Below, piece after piece: positions 1 to 13,065 of a stretch of 64,000 nucleotides of DNA. The notes under the pieces are model-generated. The model made no database searches and was not told the origin of the DNA. It worked only from the letters and a program-made list of their open reading frames with translations. The translations under genes were made by a program, and so were the position numbers. The stretch is from Mytilus edulis (taxonomy: Eukaryota): positions 66,216,001-66,280,000 of the forward strand of contig NC_092356.1 of assembly GCF_963676685.1 (NCBI RefSeq), in the 5' to 3' direction. Within the stretch, counting starts at the first letter, position 1. Each line of letters begins with the position of its first letter.

Positions 1-1404
1 GTAAAAGCATAAGTTTATTCATCAGAATTAGTTGATAACAGTTTTACCAAAATTACTATAACTTGTGAGATTGTATATTTCTCAGACTAGCTCAGTACTG
101 TACAAATATGAACGTAACACTTTTAAAATTTCACGCCCTGGTGAGCTTTTCTGATATAAAGACGAATATGTGAAAGCAAACGATTCATAAGATCCGAAAC
201 TGTTAAAGAGCTTTATGACAAAGTGGTTAATGAAAAACCAAATCAATCAAAAATCCATTTTATATGAAGGTGTTGAAACATAAACTTTTCCAATAAATCA
301 ACCGATAATCTGTTCTTAATCGTGTCAGTATCGACACAATGACTGCTAAGCTGATAAAATTCTCTATGGCTAATAGTCAGGCAGTAGAGGTATCGACCCT
401 GTGCTGTAAACATGAATTGAACGTGTTTTTTTTTTATTTTTAAAACGTTGTCAGCACTCGACACATCCGAAAAGATTTCTGCAAAAATAAAACATCTTAT
501 CTTTATATTCTGTGTTGACTGTGCATGACTTTATATATATATAACTGTTTTAAAAATTGCAATTCATGTAAGTTGTGTGTGTTTATGTGTGTTATATACA
601 TTGATATTACAATTCAATAACAACTATCATTGTCAATTGATAAACCTATTTTGTGTCCCAAGTATGTACCTAAACTATATCAATTATAATTACAACTGCA
701 ACTTTGAAGAGGGCCGTAAAAGAGGAGAGGTATCTGCACGGAAGAACACGAAATAAAATTGACATTTCACGATGAACGAACAGTTACAAATATCTTGCAC
801 GTTGATCTTTTTACCGATTTAATGAAACACTGTGAATAACGAACCTTTTTCACGGCTGCACGTGAAATAAAAATGGCAAAACATTTTGCACGAACAAATT
901 TATTCAGCATTACGATTTTTGAAAAAGATTCATTAATGAACTTGTTGGAGGTTAATGATAAAGTTGGTATTTTATGCCATTTTAGGCCATAGGTGAACCT
1001 TGTCCTTTCTTGTAGAAAGAATTTCCCGACATTATGGATTGATGTCAAAAGAAGTTTCCCGAATGCTATATCAATCGAAACGATTGATATTTTAAATAAC
1101 ATGTATGATACAGGATTTTAATGTTTTCTTAAGGCTATAGAAACAATCGTGTAAATACTGAATACAAAATGAAATATCATACATGTGTAAATAAAGATTT
1201 GTCAAATTATTTATCGATCGTACTTGAGAAAATTCTATAATTGCATATTACATCTACTTTATAAATAGTTAGCATAATACATTTACAAATACAACATTTT
1301 CTCGTGACTCGATAATATACATCACACCTTGGTTTTGAGATATGAGCAAATTTTCTGTTCTTGTCTTTCAGTTTTACTTAGAGGTTTATCTTAAAACGTT
1401 ATCA

Positions 1405-1548
1405 AAGGTACCAGGATTATAATGTAATACGGTAGACGCGCGTTTCGTCTACCTAATACTCATCAGTGACGCTCAGACCAAAAAAGTTATAAAGCCAAAC
1501 AAGTACAAAGTTGAAGAGCATTGAGGACCCGAAATTCCAAAAAGTTGT
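1405..1548 (-). repeat. Retrozyme-like repeat fragment with a degenerate minimal type I hammerhead (family 1)
   Basis: Reverse complement of 1428-1472 reads gcgtca-CTGATGA-gtattaggtagac-GAAAC-gcgc-GTC-taccgt. Flanks are shared with the copies at 5438-5753. Confidence 0.7.
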
Positions 1549-4324
1549 GTCTATTTACCATTTTGTTTTACTTTGTTGATATTACTATTTATTTTTTCAT
1601 AGTGATTGTGATTATATTACAATGTTGGATGCTGTTACGTTATTTCATTTTAACATTTTTACTTAAAGTGTCTGTTTTTTTTGGGTTTTTTTGCTCACAC
1701 TTTTTTGTCAAAATAATGGTCTTCTATGCGAATGTCATATAAACGAGAGGATAAGCTTAGTATAAACTAGGTTTTATCCATCGTTTTCTACTTAAGGAAA
1801 TATCTGTTCCAAGTTAAAAATATGACAGTTGTTTTACATTCGTTTGATGTGTTTGAGCTTTTGTTTTTGCCTTTATATGAAAGACCTATCGTTTTGAAAG
1901 CCACTTGGAGGGTTATTGTTTTACTTTTTATAGGATAACGTCCATAAAGCCTTTTTTCTATTCATAAAACGTCAAATGTGAGTGTTTAACATCAACAAGC
2001 ATTCTTTGAGTATTGAATGGCAGTACATAGTCCCCTACCGAATAAATTCAATGTAAGGGAACGAAATTCTAACTCGATCTATAACTTGTCATGGTGCAAC
2101 CCTACATGAAATAAAAAACAAATCTAGGCCTTCAACTCAATTCTTCAAACAATATCATTAAGAAAGGAATAAAAAAACTGTTATTTATCTTAGTACAATG
2201 TCTTTTCAGATCTTAAAAAAAAACAACTTCCGAAATCTATTTATTGATAGGTATTTCATCAAAAATCTATTCCTAGGGAAAGTTGAAAAGTTAGTTATTT
2301 CCCTTTGAATAGAAATCTAGCAACTAATAATTATTTCATCCACAATTTTGTTCTAGGGAAAGGGCTTTACTTGAACAAAAAAGAGAGCTAACATCGTGAA
2401 AAAGATCTTGTCTTGTAACTTGTCACGAGGAAACAATACACTAAATATCAAATTAATATCTTTAAGGATGAAGAAGATAAAACTAAACAACTATATTGTA
2501 ATTTGTCGGACTGACGGATGGACAGACGGACAGAAAGACAGAGTGCCAACCTAAACTCCCCTTTGACTTCGTCGGTAGGGGACTTATAATTGGAAGCAAT
2601 TACAATATGCCGCTATTCGTCTGCGTGTTGTATATTATTTATGAGAAAATCAGCTTAACAATATTGAAATACCAAATTACTATCTATTGTCATCAATAAC
2701 AAAAAGAAAAATACAAGTTTTGGTGACTTTGTTGAACGCATTCATTCTACCAAACTTAAAATATAATATAAGCTTTATACAGATTAGCCTGTAGTCCTGA
2801 ATATGCTTGATATGTTTGCAACTTGACGTTAAGCTACCAACAATTAATAAATGAAATTTGTCTGTCTCATGAAAACTCATATTATCTAGTGACTGATAAC
2901 ACCAGCTTTCTATTTATGTATAGCAATATTCGAGCTGCTACTAAATACAGTGTAGATGTCTCAGTTGACACAAATGGCACCAGTTCAATCAAATGAGTCA
3001 TATATCCTAGGCTATGTAACAACTTTTCCCCCTTAGCATTTCTAATTACTTTGAACGATTGAAAGCAATAGTGATGGGGCTTAAGGTCTGGTGTTATCCA
3101 TGGCACCAGAGAATGTCTAATAAATGTTTCAAACAAATCAAAGATAGCTTCAACTGGTTTGAATGTTTTTAATTTAAGATTTTATGTTATAGATAATGCA
3201 TATTTTAAGTTTTGTCTTAGAACGCACCGAGGAGTGTCAGGATTAATCAAATGAAATATGTGAAAAACCGCCCTAGTACGGAGGTCTTTCCTTGGTCACC
3301 CTGACACCCCGAGATGTGTTTCACAAGAAAAACCTTAAGATATGTATTATCTGTCTTATATACCGTCCACATTTTGTTTTTGTTTCTAAAGATTTGCAAA
3401 ATTTTGCATCCTTTATTACCGACCACACTAAAGTACGATATTACTTTTTAATGCGTGCTGGTGTTTATAGGCCCTACGTCTCATGTAGAATGTGAAATAA
3501 AACTCAATATTAATCTATATACAAACCTTTGAAAGCATTATCAATGCACAATACAAATATTACTGTAACTGAATGAAGTAAGACACGAATTATTTGTAAC
3601 CATCCGAAAGAGGTGTATGAAAAATACAAGTCACTTTGTAAGTAATTTATTGTACTTAGTTCATGGAAAGGGGGATATGTTGATGTTTTGTTTTAATTTG
3701 TAATGACTCTTGTGTCGGAAAAGTAAAAAAATTTTCAACAATTTAAATCGAATCGAATGAACAATTCAGAAAATTTTCGTTTGATAAGCTATACAATTTC
3801 TTTACAGATAATCAAGTGGTAATCTTATACCCTCCCCAAATTACAGGTCATTATTTTATGCCTTGGAGCATATTTCCTTGAAACATGGTATTGTCCAGAT
3901 TAATTATTCGAAAGAATGACCTTTTATTCTGAAAGAAAACAACTCCATATAAGCATATAAGCAGCTTAGGAAAAATAGTGATACTGTGTATTGTTGATTA
4001 CAATTGCATAAAGTCACCAAACAATTTACAACAATTCACAAAACTTATACTATATATTTTACTGTTACAGTAACTGTATTTAGTAGACCTGTCAAAACAA
4101 TTATGACATGCATCAACTAACAACAAACATTGAATTACTTTAATATGCTTGTCTGGATAGCCACAAAATAGAAGTGACAGGGTTAGACATGTTTTTTATA
4201 GCATCTAGTCCTCCACAAAACCTGCAACATGGGTGTAGGAACTAAGGAAAAATATAAACTTTAATAAGAAGTTGGAAATCCATTTCTTGAGCACAGAGCA
4301 AAACTAAAAACAACAAATAATTTT

Positions 4325-4790
4325 ACAGTTAAGTCGGCGTCATATCTTGACTTACATCTAGAAATTGACAATGAGAGTCGGTTGAAAACAAAACTTTACG
4401 ACAAAAGAGATGAATTCAGCTTTCCAATTGTGAACTTTTCATTTTTAAGTAGCAACATTCCAGCAGCACCTGTATACGGGGTATATATCTCCCAATTGAT
4501 ACGATATTCCCGTGCTTGCAGTTCATATCATGATGTTCTTGATAGAGGGTTGCTGCTCACAAGGAAGCTATAATCATCTCTTTTGTCGTAAAGTTTTGTT
4601 TTCAGCCGACCCTCATTGTCAATTTCTAGATGTAAGTCAAGATATGAAGCCGACTTAACTGTATCTATAGTATCCTTTATCTCTAGCTCGATGGGATAGA
4701 TGCGTTCCACATAGTCACCAAATTATGAATTGTTTAATGAAAGAACATCATCTATATAGCGGAAAGTAGAGTTAAAGGATATTGCTAACA
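4325..4790. mobile_element. Penelope-like (PLE) reverse transcriptase fragments in an inverted arrangement
   Basis: The + fragment encodes SYLDLHLEIDNESRLKTKLYDKRDEFSFPIVNF..YGVYISQLIRYSRAC. The - fragment encodes FRYIDDVLSL..IYPIELEIKDT..YLDLHLEIDNEGRLKTKLYDKRDD. Both are RT palm/thumb motifs of PLEs. Confidence 0.8.
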
Positions 4791-4854
4791 TTAACCTCGC
4801 CGTTTTTAGTCAATAATATATAAATATATTGTTTAGCCTGCCTATCCTTTGCAA

Positions 4855-6292
4855 GAATAGCATTTTTTCCCCTTCCTCGATCCATTTTATTCTTGATCTA
4901 ACTTGGGCTCCTTCGTCTTTTAAAGAGAATATCTCTTCTAATTTTTTTTTATCTGATTAAAAAGATAATTATTTTTCTCTATTAGGCAATTGGTCTAATC
5001 TTTCATTTCTAATCTTTAGTTTGTTTTCCATTACTTAAATATTATTTTTCCTTTCTTTTGCTTTAGATTTACAGTATTGGATAGTAGACTCTCTGATGTC
5101 AGTTTTTAGCACTTAATCAGGACATTCTTAAATGTTGTTCGTACTTTTCAATTAACGTATTTATTAGGTTATTGTACTGAGTATCAGCTTATATACTTTA
5201 TTCATTTTAAAATATCCCATTACCATGATTGGTTACATAAAAGTCTTATTTAAACAAAATAGGTAGGTGGTCTGTGAATGAAATTCTTGCTAGCCTGAAT
5301 ATATCAGCAGGTACAGTTTTTATGCGTCCTTGTGTGCATATTATAAATAAAAGTCTATTTTATTAGCTTTATTTGCCGAATTTTTCCTTTTCCATATATA
5401 TTGTTTTTTTTTATCTTCATTTACTTCTCTCCAAATGTCTTTGTACTTGTTTGGCTTTTAAACTATAATTATCTGAACGTCACTGATGAGTCTTATGTCG
5501 ACGAAATGCGCGTCTGGCGTATCAAAATATATCATTAAATGATCCTTTTTTTAAATATCCTGTTTACAAATTTTTTTATTTATCGAAAAACTTATTTGGC
5601 ACAACTTTTTTGAATTTTGGGTAGGCAAAGTTCTTCAACTTTGTACTTATTTGGCTTTATTACTATCTTGATCTGAGCGTCACTGATAAGTATTATGTAG
5701 ACAAAACGCGCGTCTTGCGTATTAAATTATAATCCTGTTACCCTTGATAACTATCTATCAGTTTGTGTGTTTTAATTAACTGTTTTCAACCAGTGATTGG
5801 CTTTTAAAACTTTGTATGTAGTTCATTATGCTTTGTATCTAAAGTTGAGAGTAGATCATTCATATCTCCCCCTAATAATAAAGCACAAAAAGTGTGTTCT
5901 TCAGTTAAGTAACTTGCTCTTTGATAAAATTGGTTTCGTGCATGAACTTCATTAGGTGCATACAACTTTAATAAGGTTAACATCTTATCTTGTATTTCCA
6001 TATTGATTATGAAAATTCTCCCTTTTTATCACAAAGTTCACTAATTAATTAAGAATCAAGTGATTTGTTAATAAAGAAAGACACTCCTCTCGAATTTGTA
6101 GTGCCTAGTTTATGAAGTTGGATGCCACGGAATTCATTGTTAGTTTGCTTTTCATATCTTTTGATAAATGGATTTCTTGTGCCATTTAAATGTCGTAAAT
6201 CTGTTAACATGGTTAATAAAACTAAATAAAAAACCTAAAGTGTTTTTTTTTCTCGCTAAACCTTGACAATTTAGTGAACAAATGTGAAGGTT
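4855..6292 (-). pseudogene. Degenerate L1/Tx1-clade LINE ORF2 (APE endonuclease and linker)
   Basis: Minus-strand motifs in the expected order: HICSLNCQGL, LYAPN, GGDMN, FTDHLP, AQVRSRIKWIEEGEK. Many stops and frameshifts; interrupted by the hammerhead repeat at ~5438-5753. Confidence 0.75.
5477..5520 (+). ncRNA. Minimal type I hammerhead ribozyme (retrozyme/PLE type)
   Basis: acgtca-CTGATGA-gtc[ttatgtc]gac-GAAA-tgcgcg-TC-tggcgt: intact catalytic core, stem I acgtca/tggcgt, stem II gtc/gac, near-palindromic stem III. A second copy with a mutated core lies at 5677-5720. Confidence 0.75.
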
Positions 6293-6833
6293 TTATGGTT
6301 TTATTATAGTATTAAATTATGTTAATTTTTAATACTTTAAACGATCTATTTAAAGCTGTGAGAACCTGTTCTATATATCGTGACTCAGATAAACACAAAG
6401 TTATTTTCAGACCTATAAATAGGATAGGTAAAATAATTTCTATTTTTAGCTTCATTACTTTACTTTCCGAAACCATCTTGTATTTTAGACATTTAAATTG
6501 TCACATACTGTTATTGTTATAAATAGTGAACGTAGTTTTCAATTCAGACTTGTATATATGTATATATATAACATCACCAGTGTGCCATAACAGTATTGAC
6601 ATTATGCTATGAAACTCAACGAACCATTGCAGTATTTGAATTCATATATATCTACTAGTATGTGACACATACCAAGTAATGCATGGTATATCAATAAATG
6701 TATTTGTTTATTGTTATAGCTGTCCAGCAGCGCGTTAAATTACATTTAAAGTGCACAGATAAAGACGTCATATATATTGTATGATACGCCATTTTCAAAC
6801 AGTAAAGGCATTGCAGAGTACGATCTTACTGAA

Positions 6834-7636
6834 ATGGCTCAAATTATGGCACAAACGTGTGAATTTTCCTGCAAAGAAGAGGCAACATTGTACTGCAAAG
6901 TGTGTAAACAATTTTTGTGCATTGATTGTAAACAGACAATTCATGATAAATTTCCAAAATACAAGGATCATGCAGTAATGAATATTCATCAGGAGGGGAA
7001 TTGCGTTTTCAGACCACACCCTGTTTGTGAAACTCATAAGGACACATTTGTTTTTTATTGTTGTAAATGTGAGTGTCTTACTTGCGCGGAATGCATGACA
7101 AGTACTCATAATGAACATAAAACAGAAAAAATAAAGAATGTCGCAGATGCCCGTCGTCATAACGTTAACCAAATTGTGCAACAGTTGAAAACGAAAGTGG
7201 ATATAGTCAAAAAGAAACTAGAGACAATCGATACAGAACAATCCATTCAAATACAGGCTGATTGTCTGTCATATGTTAAGAAGGTCGAGGAAACTGTTGA
7301 CGATCTACATATGATAGTTGATAGACATAAACTTATACCCTTGACCACTGCTTCTGACTTTAAAGACATCGAAAATGAGGATTTAGGTAGAAAAAGGGTG
7401 TTCTTTAGAAGACGTCATGATGAAACAGCGATTCGTTTATTGAAGTTTGAAAATCTTTTGAAAGAAACGCATGATAGTACATTTCTCACGGAATGGAAAG
7501 CTCTACAAACAGATGTCCAAATGAATAACGAGGAAACTGACGATCCGCTAGTAGCCCCTCGTCGAATCGAAAGTTTCAATCAGAAAAAACTTACGAAATT
7601 CGTCATTGACGAAATTGACGAAAAATTCCAAATGAA
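6834..7636 (+). CDS. TRIM-like (RING-less) B-box1/B-box2/coiled-coil protein, first coding exon
   Basis: ATG at 6834 (MAQIMAQ). B-box1 CEFSC..CKVCKQFLCIDCKQTIH..H; B-box2 CETH..CCKCECLTCAECMTSTHNEH; long helical region after. Donor AA|GTAAGT at 7636/7637 (phase 2). Possible acceptor ttgttatag ending at 6719. Confidence 0.9.
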
Positions 7637-9693
7637 GTAAGTGATAACAGATATATTATCTCTTACTTAGTTTTTCCATTATGACCAGGTGCCCGAAATT
7701 TAATCCTAACTAATATCCAAAATGAACATTTTTATAATCTTAACCAAGGTATAGATACCCTTAAAAAAACTTTTTTTTAATTTGTTTGGTAAAATGCCGA
7801 TCAAGAAAGAGATAGAAATTGTTTTCTTTTTAAATCAATCCGAGGTTATAAATGATATGAGATATATTGTTTGCCACTGACCCTGTTTGGATCCAAAAGG
7901 GGGTAAAAGAAATCCACAATAGTGAGACGAAGGTTATGCTGAAACTACTTGTATCAGGAGAGGGGAGTAGCAATCCGTATAGCGAAAGCACATACGGTAA
8001 GATCTATAATGCAAACCATGGTAAAAAGTAAGATAACAAAACTAACAAACTCCAAAGAAAATTCAAAACTGAAAGACCCTTTTTGAAAAGTCAAATTATT
8101 AAAAATACCGAACTATAATGAAAATAGAAAACGGGAACTCCCTTTTCCAATGTTATAACCAAATGATCAAACACATCTATCGAATAAGAAATAACTGTCA
8201 CATTCCTGACTTGGTACTTATAATATATGTTCAAGACCATCATGTATTATTTGTGATATTGACACAAAAAAATTTCAGTATTATCTGCAGTCTTGAATAC
8301 TATATGAGAACATACATATCCCATATGCATGTTAATTTGGAATATTTGAACTAAAGTGTAGAAAATTGACAGTGTCAAATTATAATCGTCCCGTTTTTAA
8401 ATTCTGATACCAAAAAATTACCACTTATTACAAAATCGAGGTACAAGTCTAAATATGAAACCTTCAAAACCGAATTCCTCTTCATTTCGCCAACATCACA
8501 TTCATAGACCTATACTTCCACTGTTCACCTGTCAAAAACGCTTAGTTAGAATGATTTCAGCCATACTTATTCCGATCGATTTCTTTTAAGCTTAGGATGA
8601 TTAATTCAATACAGCTGCAAATCTATAACAGCATGTCATGACAGCAAGAAAAACTCGTTTGATAAAGAAAAATAATTGACACACTCTACAAGTAAGATTT
8701 CAAAATGTTTAATAAATGCATGATATAGTTTAATACTTAAGTGCAAGTCATAAACATCAATACATACTTCAAAACCTTATGAAGAAAACTTACGTCTTAG
8801 CAATAAATTATATTGTACGAGTTCGCAAGTGCAATAAAATATAAAGATAAAGAAAAATGATTTAAAATCCTTAATTACAGGACAGTTATAAATTTGACAA
8901 ATATTGATTAAATTAACCATAAGTACTTGAATACCGAATATTAAAGTATCAATAATACTTCGTTCAATTTCGCAAGTCGGGAGTCTGCAGCAGATGAAAA
9001 GGTTGCATATCTCGTTTGCTTGCGTGTAATATTGTAAACTTGAAAAGTCTCTCTCTTATTTCGTTTTACTATTTAAAATGAAAGTTATACAATTTATTTA
9101 ATAAATGCCATATTATTAAAGATGCAATACATTTATCTATCAAAAACGCCCAATCGTTAAGGTACATTTGTAAAGGAAGACCTATTACAGTATCGGTAAA
9201 TATTATATTCTACAAAGGTATCTAAATGAGATGTTGATACTATATATAACAAGAGACACACACACAGTCATGTTAGAGTCAAGGGCCAGTTTACCGACAA
9301 GTTAATGAGAATGACGTCTTAAAATCTTAGAAAGAAACAAATTTATATGAAGATTAAAAAAAAAACATAGTTTCATATCTTCCGTGATAACAGTAATTAT
9401 CTATTTTAGTAGTTACGATGTGTTTACTAGGACGAAAAAAAAAACAACAGAAAAGGTTATCGAGAAGAAAAAAAATAATCTACTAAATATCAAAATACAA
9501 AAAAGTAACTAAATAAATAAAAGTAATAAATAACAACGAAAACAGTGTCATATCAAACAACTACAAGAATGCTCGTAGTAATTTTAACTAGGAAAATACC
9601 ACAATATTAAGTATAAAGTAACATGTGTATATGTCATAGATTAGAATCTGTAACAAGTCACTTGATAAATTTAACTATTTGTTTTATGTACAG

Positions 9694-9795
9694 ACTGAAA
9701 GAGCAGGAAAAGGAAGTGGTCAGACTTACAGAAGGCATTGGTGTACTAACGGGTGAATTGAAAGAAAAACAAGAACAACTGGATGATCTATCAAA
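9694..9795 (+). CDS. TRIM-like gene coiled-coil exon A1 (102 nt)
   Basis: tatgtacag|A..AA|gtaagc; phase 2-2; LKEQEKEVVRLTEGIGVLTGELKEKQEQLDDLS. Confidence 0.85.
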
Positions 9796-10316
9796 GTAAG
9801 CCATACTAACAGGTGTTCGATTTTACTAAGTAGTCTTAATTAATATTGAATCAAAAATTCATGTGTGTTTTTGAAAATATAATTTCCGTCTGAATAAATT
9901 TTAAAACAATCTAATTTAAACCGCTTTCATTTACAACCTATAGCTACATTATATTGAGTGCCTATAGAAACGTCGCATCATAATCCAAGTTGATATTTTT
10001 TTTATCTAACAATACAAAATTGCATTTCGAAATATTTTGCTCAATCTTACATACTAGTTAAGTCTGCAAGCGGCTCATACAGTTCATAAACTTGTGTCAT
10101 ATAAGAGTTACGATCATAATTTTCACTCAAATGTGATAGCAAGGGAAAACTGTTAATTTTCAGTAACTTTTGATGACCTTTTCTAAATGATTTCAGTATG
10201 GAGGAAATTTGCAATCCATATTTTTGATTTAATATCAAAAATGTTCAAATCTGAAAATCATAAAGCTCTGAACATTATTGGATATTTTAAAAGGTCTCCA
10301 TCCTTCTCGGCCAAAA

Positions 10317-13065
10317 TAAGCGAGTGACTTTAACCATAAAATTTAATTTTTAATGCACCTACCTAACACACGGCTAAATTATACATCATTTGAAAGCTAC
10401 ACATCTGTACTCTCTGTTTTGCCCGGTCGTAAAGAAATTGTACGGTGCAATTTCCGTCAAATCAAGATCAAAGGTCAAGGACGAATAAGTACATATTTTC
10501 TAAGATTTCATCTTGATTGCATAGTATGACTTTTGTACACTAAATTCATATATGCAAACAATTTAAACTTTTAACAGAGACATTAACAGACATTTATCAT
10601 ATGCATATATAAATATTTAAAGCGTTTTTTTGCTAGACAGCACATGTTTCCTGAAATTCGAGCAAAAGTTAACAAAATGTGTGAAAACCCAATTTTTTCT
10701 ATCTGATGCAACTGCTAATCACTTAGAACTAAGTAAAACCCTGTAATGACTATCAAAGAAGTTTTTGACATCATAAATTTCCTAAAAGTATGCTTACATC
10801 TAAACAAGTTTTACGACAAAAGAGAAGAGCATAAATCAACCCATAAAAACACTCCTTACTACCAAATTATAAAGTTTTCATTTCTATATAGCAATATTAT
10901 AGCAACGGCTGCATATCTATACTACTAAAGGAGGAGACCGATGTCATTGAAAATCCTCTGAAACAATAACAAGTCCGAAATATTTATGATATGACGTATA
11001 AATGTAGGGTTTTGTATTTCCTTAATTTGTCCCTGCATGCTCAGTCGACGTACTGCCCGCGAAATTAAATAAACCTTTTTATTTAAACACTTGCCAATTG
11101 TAACGCGATTTCGCGGAATCTTCTTGTGGAGTATATATCTCCAAGTTGATACAATATTTCAGAGCTTGCATTTACTTTCACGATTTTCGTGAACGTGCGT
11201 AACTGCTCACAATGAAGATATTAAATAAAGGCAACTATAGTTTACCGCTATTCAATAGTCATCAATCGATTTACTAGTAACTGAAACAAATCCGGGTCAC
11301 AAACCAAAACCAGGAAAATTGCATCAACTATAAGAGGAAGAACACAACGATATAACAGAAACACTGAACTGCTTCAAAAACAAACGCCAACATACAAAGA
11401 AAGAGATTAATGGATACCAACTGTCATATGCCTGACTTGGTACAGGACATTTGAAGAAAATGGTGGTTCGAATATGGTTTTAAACCGAGTTCAAATGCAA
11501 AATTGAAATTATCCCGTAGAACATTTTATGGACGCAACTACTAGTTGGTTGACAATTATGAAATATCTATTTCGCCAGATGACGACTGATAAGTTCCAAA
11601 CGACGTAACCAAAATACCGTCATCTCTGCCTTGATTGTCACCTACCGAATAAGGCTTGGCACCGAGTTAGGAATTACATAGCCACAAGACGGGTGTCACA
11701 TGTGGAACATGATCTGCTTACCCTTTGGGAGCCCCTGAGTTCACCACAAATATTTTTGGAGGGTTTGTGTTACTCAATCTGTAGTTTTATATGTTGGGTT
11801 TTGTATACTGTTGCTTGTCTTGTTCGTTTTTTGCCCGGCTTTCATTACTGCAAGTTAATGTCGTCAAAGTAAAATAATACCAAAAGGACAATCAACATCT
11901 CAAACCATGAATCAAATAAACTTTATTAAAACAATGAACAAAATTAAATTAAAGTCCAAGAGACAAACAACAGTCCACAAAACACAGCACACCATGAAAA
12001 CGATCACTGCCTAAAACAGCGAATGATCTTATGAGGTCAGGAAGGGTATTCAACTTTTTCATTTTTTTATTTCACAACTGCTTATAGTGTTTTACATACA
12101 CAATGACCTGCCTTTGTATTTTAAAAGCTTATGTTGAAAATGATCAAAGCATCTTTTATTCAAACAATTAAAGCAATTAAACTTCTAAACACATTTAATA
12201 TGACTAACACGATTTTAAACTAAATAAGAAGCAGCAGAATTCTATTTAGTTCGTTTACATCCCGCTTTGGACAAGAAAGTGTTTTTACAAGGTTACTTAT
12301 TTCAATGTTGCCTACGATTCAGTCGCAAAGTCATGTTTGCATTTAAACATGATTACAAAAAGTAAATAAGTTTGATTTCGTAAAAAACATATTTTTACCA
12401 CAATTAGCTCGTACATATTCTTTTCGAACTTTAAATACCCCTTCTTTTATTATGGAAAATCATTCTCCTCCCTGATATTGACAATAAGCGATGTGCTATC
12501 TTAACATAGAATAACAAAATGATCACTATTTGCAGATGTCAGATTTTTGGGCAACTACAAACACTTCAATACAAGGCTGTTCTATGAACAATAATTAATA
12601 ATTGCATCTTAAAATTACAAAACAAATATTCCTTGACCTAAAACATATACATTTATCTATTTTTTTAGCATACAAATATCGATTCCCCAAGATATATTTT
12701 GCTTTTTGAACAATTTTTCATTTTTCTAGGATTTATGAAATTGAAATTTATCATCTAACCTCTTATGTTTTGTTTGATTTGGAAATAATGCATCATGTTC
12801 CATAAAGTTCATATGATCTTTTCGAAAATTTTATGGTACAAGAATTAGAAAATGGCTTTTTGTTTAGTAATCGTAAAAATTGGAATGTTTATTCATGACC
12901 TTTGACCTTGATTTAACAGAAAATGCACCGTACGATTTTTTTACGACCGGGCAAAACAGAAAGTACAGGTTATTAGCTTTCGAATGATATATAATACAGC
13001 CGTGTGTTAAGTGGGTGTATTAAAGTCGTTAACTAATCGTCTTTTTGAAATAAGTCACTCGCCTA
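10317..13065. mobile_element. Non-autonomous DNA transposon with long imperfect TIRs and nested PLE-derived fragments
   Basis: ~160 bp at 10317-10478 is the reverse complement of 12895-13065 (taagcgagtgact../..agtcactcgccta; ttttgcccggtcgtaa/ttacgaccgggcaaaa). PLE RT-like remnants lie at ~10790-11230. TSD unclear. Confidence 0.7.

Noticed and set aside
2680-3136. Two adjacent minus-strand ORFs
   Set aside because: No recognisable motifs or splice structure; length is compatible with chance.
6781-7181. ORFs 6781-6978 (+) and 6795-7181 (-)
   Set aside because: Alternative-frame or antisense shadows of the TRIM exon.
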